Source: Chrysomallon squamiferum (Eukaryota; Animalia; Mollusca). From it: a stretch of DNA of 64,000 nucleotides. The stretch spans positions 26,536,001 to 26,600,000 of the forward strand of contig CM022665.1 of the NCBI GenBank assembly GCA_012295275.1. The letters run 5' to 3'. Below, in pieces: positions 28,701-39,620 of this stretch (the first letter of the stretch is position 1; every line of letters starts with the position of its first letter). The position numbers and the translations under genes were made by a program. The notes under the pieces were generated by a model, which made no database searches, was not told the DNA's origin, and saw only the letters and a program-made list of their open reading frames with translations.

Positions 28701-31700
28701 ATTCATTTATATTATTAATAACAATATAAACAATTTCCTTTTTATAATTTTAATATTTTTAAAATATTTTTCTAACCCTCAATCTTCCAGTTCCATTATC
28801 TGTAGCCATAATTTTTAGAGTAAACTTCCTTTTTGAATTTTTTTCAAAATCGATCTTGGTATTAGCCACAAGGTAACCATTTTTAATCTGAAATAACTTG
28901 GAACTGTCACTGATGATTTCCAGTATATGTTTCTGATTCTTCTCATCTTCCACAATAATTTTAGCAAGTGGCAGACCTAAATAAAATAAAAAAATTAAAA
29001 GTATTAAAATGATACAGTTGAATATTAGTACTAACTCTGTAGTGATGATATCATAACAGAGAGGAAAACTGCAGCATAAATGTATCATCTGAGACTGTTA
29101 TTATTAAAGAGTGAGATCATATTTCAAATGTATACATGAAATGCAAAAAACATGAAAACAGAAATAAACAAATTTAGAAGATGCTTATGCATCAACTTGA
29201 TTTATGTCTTGATGAATATTAATTTATTATTAATTAATGCAGCTGACTTTTAGAAACTCTGTATGAACAATGATTATAATAAAAAGGGAATAAAACCTGA
29301 ATGAATGTATGATTATAAGAAGTTAACTGACAAAACACTTCAAATATTTATATTAATTTGTAAAAATAGGTAACTGCTCTTGGTGGATCGTTCTCATTTA
29401 AAAAAGTGTATTCATTTTATTTTATTTTATTTTATTTTATTTATTTATTTATTATTATTATTTTATTTTTATTTTTTTTGTCTGTTTGTTGTAATTACTT
29501 AGAGATGGATTTTCTATACTACATTATCAAATTAATATGATGTAGCAGTTTCAGCATCCCTTATCTGACATACTTTGGACTGGAATTGTTTTAGAATTAT
29601 ATTTTGGAATATAAAGAGAGAACAGAATCTAATTATATTTTATATACAATTTATACAGATAATAATCTATAGGTATTATTATATAACATTATGTTTACAC
29701 ATGCTAAATCATAAGGTATCTCAGCTGCTAACAAACTTGTTTTTGATTTCAGATTTCAGATAGGCAATCCTCAACCAGTAGTTTGAGCTCTTGAATTTTT
29801 AAAAAGATAAATTATCAGTATTCACAACAATATATTTATAATAAAACTGCAAATAGCACCTTTAACAATTACATTTTTATGTGTAAAAAAGAGAGTTACC
29901 TGCTTTAACCTCTTCTGGAATATTTTCTGGTTTAAGTTTGATACCCCATGGTTTTTCATTTACATCATGAAGCTTGATAGGCACATCAAAGACAGCCATT
30001 AATGGAGGTTCGCCATTATCCTGTACCAGTACAGTGATGTAATAGTCTGCCATTGTCTCATAGTCAAGTGCACAGTATTTGTTTCCTATAGTAGCACATC
30101 TAGGATCCGACTCTACTGCAACCTGTAATGTATAGACATATACAACAGAGAAATTCTAAAATGCATTTTTGTTATATATAAATAAAAGAAAACACACCTA
30201 CACACACCTATTCCTATATATATATCAATATGGGTATGTCTGTATGTCTGTCTATCTGTTTGTATTTGTGTGTGTGTCTGTCTGTATTTATATCTATGTG
30301 AATGTATGTATATACTTACGTGCATTTATAATGTACATGTGTGTGTATGTGTATTTAGTTTGTGTATATACATAAACATAAACTAAATACACGTACATAT
30401 ATACACACACATATGTACATTATAAATACAGATAATTATATATACATATGCACACAAATTAAATATACATACATATATATGTACACACATGCACACATAC
30501 ATTATAAATACATATAAATATACATACATACAGATGGACACAGACACTCATATTGATACATACACAAACATATCTACAGTACATATGTATGCATTTTGAT
30601 TCTATATTTTTATATTATTATTGTTGTTGTTGTTGTCAAGATGTGATTTAATATCTTTTTTCAGTAAATGGATGTTAGTTCACAAAATTACCTTGACACA
30701 TTTTTTGTCTCCTTCGTCAAAGAGTTCAAAGTTCTTTTCTGCTGATCTAACCATGAATATTTGGTGACTTTGTCCTGGGTCATCATCTAGAACTTTCAAA
30801 CAGCCAACCTTTTCTCCTTTCTGACTATTCTCTTTCACAAAATTTGGAGAGAGCTAGAAGTGATTTAAACCAAACAAAAACAAAAACAAAAATAGGAAAT
30901 TACTAATATATATATATATATATAATTATTCACCTGAATCAAAATAACCTGTAAGCAGTAAGAATATTTCACCTGTATGTTGTTACAGACAGGTTAGCAC
31001 ATATCATGGCATTTGACTACCAAACATTAAATACTGTTTGAATGAAAGGAAACCCATAAGGGCCTCTGAGAAAAACTAATATAAGACTTTATACAGAATG
31101 TCACATATGTATTCAAAAATCCTATGTTATAATTGTTTGCTGGTAATTTATACAAATAATAATTTTTTCTTTTAGAAAGAAGAAATGTACATAATGGGGA
31201 TAAAAAAAAGTTGCTGTTTAAATGTTCTCCATTTGCAGCTCTTTTTTTTTTTTTTTTGACAGCATTTTCCACGACAGTAGTCAGTAACTCTGCAATCCTT
31301 GAATATCTGCACAACTACTTTCCTGGAGCTGCAGAATTGTCTGGTGCTAGTTGATGTGTCAAATCAAGAGAATGTGATGGACAAGAAATTTCTGAATTTC
31401 ATGAAATTATTCTGTGATGAAAGGTCTCCCTTGAAAACTCCATTGTAGCTCTGGGTGTATGAGCAGTGGTTCCATATAACTGAAGCCACGTCTTGAATTT
31501 GTCCTGCACTGCAGGATGCACTAATCTTTATAATGGCATGTAACTGCTCATTAATAAACCATCATTAACTACAAATCCCATAAAACCACACCAGACAGTG
31601 CATCCAAGGGGATGCAAATCATTTTGATAAATAGCTCTAGTATTATTTAATCTCCAAATCCTACAATGCTGATTATTCGTTAAATTTTCCATCGATAATT

Positions 31701-31722
31701 TTCAAATGTACACCAATATTCA

Positions 31723-31755
<33 letters not shown>

Positions 31756-32133
31756 TAAAAATAAAAAATAAAAAATAAACAATAAATTATAAAGAAAATT
31801 TAAACTTTTGGGACATTGTCATGGCCGTAACTAGACTCTTTTTGAAATGAGGCAAAAACTGATGTCTTTGAAGTCAAACGACAACCGTAGACATAAACGA
31901 TTTCATTCAGTGAATATCGTTTCTATCGGAATATATATATATATTTGTTTGTTTTTTTTGTAAATAAAATCTTTGTATCCAAAAAAAAAAAAAAAAAAAA
32001 AAATATCTTCAATTTCGGCATGAGGTTTTTGCCTCATTTATCTCAATGAAGTTACGGCCATGAGTGCATGAACTATAATAGGGAAAAAAACAAAGAAAAA
32101 AGAAAAAGAGAGGCAAAAACAACAACAACAACA

Positions 32134-32177
<44 letters not shown>

Positions 32178-35100
32178 TAAAGTTAAAAAAAAATAAATTA
32201 AAAATACAAAATAAAGTATAATTATAAGAAATTAAATGACAAAAGATTTCAAATATATGTATTAATTGTAAAAACAGACATAGCTTTTTAATACTCACCA
32301 CAACTGCTCTTGGTGGATCGTTCTCATTTAAAATTTTAAAATGAAAAGTTTCATCAGCTGTCGCATGATCCAAGTCTTCTGTTTGTATTATTACCGTAAA
32401 CCTTAAACAATATGATCAACACTGATTTAGTTATCGGTCTATCTGTCTAAGTATCTATCATCGTAATCATTTATAAAGAACTTTTAATGATAATTTCTTA
32501 TTACAGAATTTATTTTTTTATACTTCCAAGTAAACTTTGTTAACACTGAAGTTTTGAAATAATACAGCATTCTTGCGTTTTGACGATGAAGGTTCGTGTC
32601 ATTTTCCATTTTGTCGTAAAATTATTTCTTCTTTCTTTCTGTACGTTTCTGCTATGTATTCATTTCACAGACATATCGGCGACAAATAAGGAACACCATT
32701 TCAGTTCGCAATTACGTCAGTGTGAAAAGTGTGTGAACACAATGATAGTAATTATCATTGATTTTGTTCTTGTTTTTTTCTAAGTTATTTATTACGGTTT
32801 TTAGGTACATTACAGTATATTTATATAAGCTAATACATGGTGTCTGGAACTTATCTACGTTATTTACAATAAATCCTCTTTCTGTGTCGATTCGTTAATC
32901 ATAGTATAACTGAAGAGACCCTGTATTGATACACTTTATTAGAAATGAAAGACAGCTAATAAGAAATGAAAAGGTAACTTCTAGTTATTTGTTAAAATTA
33001 GTCTTTTCGTGAACATCCAACGCTAAAATTTGAATATATGTTTTTAAATCAATATAATATCTTATTTTGATGAATTGTGACAATCTGTAAAGAAACTAAA
33101 AATGATATCGTACGGGTTATTCTGAGCTTTCTCAAAGCTAAGTGTGGCTTTCAGACACACTTTGTTTCCTTCTATCTTCAGTGCACGTGTCGCGTCAGAC
33201 AGGATTTTGTACGTGTGACGATCCTTTGGTTCGTTGTCGGTTTTTGTCGTGAGAGAAGCGAAACAAGTTCCGACAGCCCAGGATTCGTGGATAGTTGTTG
33301 CATTGATGGAAATCTGAAAAACAGTGTTAGATAAATTAACTTAATTACAATTTAAGAAAAGGAAACTTAGTTTGGCTATCATCCACACAAAAATGATGCC
33401 ATTTGTAGCAAAGATTTTATTTATTTATTTAATTATTTGTCCTTTAGTTGTTATTAAAATAATAATAATAGTAATGATACAAAGAAGATTAAGAAAAACA
33501 GAATGAAGTAGAAGAAGAAGAAGAAGCAGATGCACAACAACAACAACAAAATGGGAAGAAAGAATAACTTTATTCCATAACGAGTTTACACATACACAAA
33601 AACTATTAAACAATAAGCAGTAATTTACCCCAAGAGGAGCTTTATTCGCCAGTCCGCAGTAGAAAATGTCTGAAGGCTTTGACCAGCTACCATCTTCTTT
33701 ACAGGTGACATACGGTATTGTGCCCGGGGGTTTTATAACATAGTCTTTATGCTCACATGAAGCCGAACATTTTTTCCCCACACTCTGACTCTGATGGAAA
33801 ATAAGTATATAGTTTTAAAAACATCAAACAGCTAGATATTTGAAAATAAGCGCATGATTAGCATACTGTTGTAATTAATTTGGAAACCGATCGTAATTAT
33901 AATTATTTCACATAAAAAGCAAAACCACACTAAAATTATTTCACTAAATTTATTATATTAAATTTAAATTTATGTATGTATGAAAGTATATTTGTATGTT
34001 CTATGTTTGCATGTGTGTGTGTGCGTGCGTGCGTGCCGTGTGTGTAGAAAGAGAAAATAAACTTAATCTGTTGTTTCGAATAGCCATGATAATCTATAAT
34101 ATTATTATAATCGTATCTTAGTTAAAATAGTCAAGTATTAAAACCGTTTTAACATAATAGTGAAAATAATATATTACCGTACACGAATACAAAAACGGAC
34201 GACAGAGATCAAAAGATTTGACTCCAGGCGGACATTTATAATATTTCGGAAAATCACAGATAATCTCAGCACAAGAATAACCATCATTTCTAAGTTTAAA
34301 ACCATAAAAACAGCTACAATTGCCTTGGTTACACTGTTGTTGACATTTTTTGTGACACGTTCGCACTTTCTGGAAAAAAATTAAATCATAAAAATATAAT
34401 TGTGTTATAAAAAAAAGAAAAAAAAAGTCACTTTAACAGTTATATTAAAACACTTTACCAACAAATGATTAATTATGTTTTTAAAATTATTAACAACAAC
34501 AAAATTGAGTTAATAAAAGTGCCCATATTTTGTGCACACACACATACACAAACGCACACACATACAAATACACACTCATTTACTCTGTACAGTAGTGAAA
34601 TTTTATCATTTTTAAAGTACTCTGAGCTTTATATATATATATATATATATATATAATCAAGCAATATCATATTTTGAAGGCATAAAATTAATATTCTAAA
34701 AATGGCCATCTTCATATGATATACTACAGAAAACAAAAATAAAGCAAAAAAGCCATTGATGATCTAAAGACCAGGACAGTAATAATAATGATGACGGTGA
34801 CGGGGATGGTGACAGTGATGGCGTTGATGATGATGTCGGTGGCATTGGTAACAATGAAAGCGATGGTGTGAAAATAGGAAAACAGAGGTTGAACGCAGCT
34901 GTTGATACATACCAAGATACTTCTGAGTGTTTAAAATGGAGATTGAAAGTGTTTAAAATGGACTGAATTTGTTGAAATATTACGGTATCGGACGGACAGG
35001 CCATATTCGCAGTTGCGCTGACAAGCACCCCATTCCGACCATGGAGTAACCTTGGCAAGCAAGCAAGAATAAAATCATAAGTTACATGCAACAGTGGCCT

Positions 35101-36796
35101 TCAGTAAGCAATGGATTATTTAAAAAAAAAAAATATATATATATATATATATGTTAATAATTCATAAGCTGTCTCAGATTTTATTCCTTGTCTTTGAAAA
35201 GCCACTAAACAGCCTGATGAGCGACCAGAACGCAGCGTCCGCAGAATGAAGTCATTCTGAGCCAGGTTGTGCTGTTTTTCAACTCACATTCATTGCTATA
35301 CCATTACACGGGATACCACCACAGACGTCATGTACCAGTATCGTTCGGTTTCGTCTTTGTGAGCCTTCTTTACAATCCCGAATACACCTCGACCATTCTG
35401 ACCACGGGCTCAGCTACGTATACCAAGTTGTACAAAAATACACTTAGCGTTAATACTACATTTACCAATTAACACAGAATATACTTAGTGTTAGTACTAT
35501 ATTTACCAATGAACAGCAATATATAGTGTTGATATTAAATTTACCAGCTGTAATAGCGTGTCTGTGCGTGTGTGTGTGTTACAAAAACAAAATCGTACAA
35601 CTCTGATCTTATTCTATTTTTAAACAATGTATTTCCGTTAATCTTTAATGTATTCAGATATCAACACTGTATTATATGACTATCCTTTACTAGTACACCG
35701 AAAAAAAGAGTTAAACTTACAAAGACAAATAAAAACATTTATATTACACATGGACAGCAATAATTATGCTTTATATTACACTTAGTTTTTCAAAAAAAAA
35801 GTTATGAATTTGTAGCACCGTTATTTAATCTGTTTTACAAATTATTAAATGTGATTTTCAAGTAACAAAAGTTTTGCAAATAGAAAAACTATGATAACGG
35901 TAGTAACGTTTTAAGAAAGAAAAAAAGAAGTATATATATATATATTTATTATAAACCAAAGATGTTACATTTTTAAGAACAAAAAATCACGTTTATGTTT
36001 CCTAATCTTTTTTCCAGTGGTAATATATGTTTCAAAACAAACACATCACACGCACGAAGTCACCCCCCCCTCCCTCCAATAATGTAAAAATAAAAATAAT
36101 TTAGACAGCATTTTAATGTCGTAAAAAACAAAAATATTAAGAAAAAAAGTAATTAAAATGTTCAAACCTCATGTACGTCGCCGTGTGCTTTAAGTAGATA
36201 AACCATTTCAGTCATAAAATAATAACAACAACAACAACAACGACAGTAGTAATAATAATAATAGTCGTTGTATATAAATAAGTAAATAGTTTATAAAAAT
36301 AAAATAAAATAAAATAAAACAAATAAATAGAAAATCCTCTCTAAAACGCTTATTGTAAATCAACAGTATCGTATAGTTTAAAATGTCGGTCAAATAATAA
36401 AAATAACGTACCTTGCAGTCAGTCTTTGCTGAATAGGATTCACATTTCTTCACTTCTGTCGTATTTTTATTTAAGCATAAGCCGCCACAGTAAGCTGGTA
36501 TCAACAGTGTTCGGCTTCGTGTACTTTTGCCAACGCCACAGTTGTTGTCACACATCGTCCACTGTCCCCACGCCGTGAAAATGCAGTCTTTTTTGTCCGA
36601 CATAGTGCATTCTCGGGTTTGCAGGAGCTGCCCACATTTGGTGCCATTGCATGATGGTTGTGTTAGGACTGTACGATTTCTTTCGCTAAAATATCATATT
36701 TACGTATTTTTATGTTTGATAATTTCATAGTTATTTTGATAATGTTACAGATAAAAAAAAAAAAATAAATAAATAAAATAAATATAAATAATAATA

Positions 36797-36830
<34 letters not shown>

Positions 36831-38823
36831 TCCAAATACATGAATTTTGAAATAAACTTTGATGGGAGAGAGAGAGAATGAGGCTTTGAACATTATAAAA
36901 ATATTTTATTTTATAATTGTCTTATTATAGTGTACACAAAGTAACTGAAATAAAGTATCGGAAGGCAAAAATATTTTTTAAAATTGCTTTTACGAATTTC
37001 TAGTCTTTTAATTCTCAAATATGGTTAGAACGGAGTAGAAAGAGCATCTACTTTATGCTGAAGATGTTTATTTTCTGTCTGCCTTGCCTCATAAGAGTAA
37101 CTTCTGTTCGAAATTTCACAGAAGTATTGTTTTGTTTATTCTTCATACCTAATTCCTTTTCCACAGTCTGTTGAACAAAAGGACCACTCATTCCATGGCG
37201 ACAGTTTGCAGTCCTGTCGACAACAAGGTCCTTTACAGTCTTGTACTTCTGTTAGATTAGGACAAGGTTTACCCCGACACTTTACGTCCACCAGCACTTC
37301 ACGATGTCTTGTTCTTGTTCCGTTACCACAAAACCCATTTATTAATACACACTGAGACCAGCTTGTCCAATTCGAGACCTGAATAATAACGTTCGAATTT
37401 CAGAAACAAATGTTTTATTTAAAGTGAACCTGTGGAACTACGAAATTAATGACTTAAATGCATTGTCTACTCTTCTATCTTATCCTTGCTTTTGTTTCTG
37501 AAGGCCAGTCTTTGCTAGCAAAACTACAAAAATAAAAGATTACGGGAACTCCGCCATTTTGTATCTTTGCAGCTCTGTTTGCGACGTTATTGCGTAGATT
37601 TTTGAAATGATACAATGAAAAACCTGAACATTTATAGTTGTACTACATAACATATATGGTTAAGCATTTTACAGATAATGAGAGAGGAATGGACTACTCA
37701 TTTTCAGTAAGGACTGTTATATTTGTCATGTCATGAAAATATATAACACGGCATTAAAACTGTATTAATAATCATCACTGTCACAGTCGTCATCACGAAG
37801 TATGTAGCTATAATGAGCCTGAGTTGCTGGGAAGATGCAGTAATTTGCTGGGTTTTTTTTTCCTAAATCTTGTTATACCCTTTAAACGGAGAACTTTAAT
37901 GTCGGTAAGAAAAACAACAACAAAAAAACATGGAACCTTAACATATTCAGGTTACCATAAGTTATTTTAAATTTTTAAAAGGACTGTTTTATATTTCTGA
38001 TCGTGCATGCTGTTGTGGGCTGAAAGTGACACGAGTGCAGGTCACCAAACACACCACGCACTCTCACTTCTGTACATTCCAGTCTGATTAGGTCAACTGT
38101 TAAGAAAAGTCACCACACAAACACACAGCAGATTTTCAGACAACTCACTCTTTATTGTCAAGGTTACTGTAACAGTTTGTTTGCAAAACCGAAACCAAAA
38201 TTTCATGGTCAGACTCCGTTAAATAAGTGTATTAATATTTATGGACTATGAAATTATATTTAAAATGGAACATTTTCAGGTCAAATCTATAGATATTAGA
38301 TACATTACTGGTAAATTGAAACATCACTCGATTTTTGATCCGTGATCACACAAATATTTTCGAGCTTAAACAAGTGCATATATGGATACACAAGCTGTTA
38401 CTGGCCTGAGTCGGACCACACCTATAGTCAATGTCTGTATTGGACCCAGATATAAATATCTTAGTGTCATTAATATTAAATCGCAATTAGTCTGCCACCA
38501 ATAAAAGCTATGACTACGATTTCACTGGCTGAAAGCATTTCAGAAAGAAGAGTTTCGAAATCTCATGATTGTTTCTATAATCTCGTTTCTGTTTTATGAT
38601 ATGATTATATTATTTATCTGGGCTGTTTCAGAACATAGTTCCAGTACACCTCAGCAATTTTTTAATAACCTGTGATACGCGATTTCATTGGTTTAAAGTT
38701 TCCTTGATACAAATGAGTTCAGACTTTTACACAAAATGCTGTTGAAATCATTGTGACTTACAGAAATTGCCTTGAAAGAAAACAAAAAATTAATTTAACA
38801 TTCAAACAAAATTAAAATAGTGT

Positions 38824-38871
<48 letters not shown>

Positions 38872-38948
38872 GCTTAGATGTGTTGAAAAGTACGAATGTA
38901 TGACTACGTATGTATGTTTTATTATTGTTCTTGTTGTTATAATAACAA

Positions 38949-38989
<41 letters not shown>

Positions 38990-39589
38990 GTAACTTAAAA
39001 CAAACTCATGCAGTAGTCTATGATCTCGTTTTTAGATTATACCAACAGATGTAGTCAGTCTTTACCATGTTACAGGCATGCTATAGTTCCCACTTAAACT
39101 TATAAATGATATACGTGTTTATTTGCACACTTTGGGTGATTTGATTGTCAGTCGACTGTGCCTAGTTCAATCATTGATTTGCATCATGTCAAGAGGTGTA
39201 TTGCTATATACCTTTTTTACGTTGATTTATAAACGGGAAATTAACCTAGGCATGGTACAAACTTTCTTATTAGTCACATGCAGATAAAATAAAAACTTTA
39301 GATCATGTATAGATAACACCTGAAGTACTTATTAATAACTATTTTGACTGGGCTTTCATTTTAGGCTGACAAATAATCTAGTTCAGTTAAATTTTAAAAA
39401 TAATTTGTAAATGAAATAATAATAATTATTTAATAAAGGAATATAATTATTCTAATAATAATCCAAAATTGTCTGTTAATTTCATTAATAACAACTAAAT
39501 CATGAAATTTGATGTTAAATTTTAGGAAACTGGTAACCAACCATTACTACCGACAAACTATGATTTAAATACAGTTCGGTTTTAAATAT

Positions 39590-39620
<31 letters not shown>

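Noticed and set aside
34696-35091. 131-aa minus-strand ORF in cadherin intron 4
   Set aside because: No domain motif, part simple repeat, and exons 4 and 5 already join in frame to complete the TSP1 repeat.
35214-35262. CTGATGA...CTGA as hammerhead ribozyme or C/D snoRNA
   Set aside because: No GAAA after a stem II for a hammerhead. The C/D-like boxes are antisense to the host gene and closely spaced.
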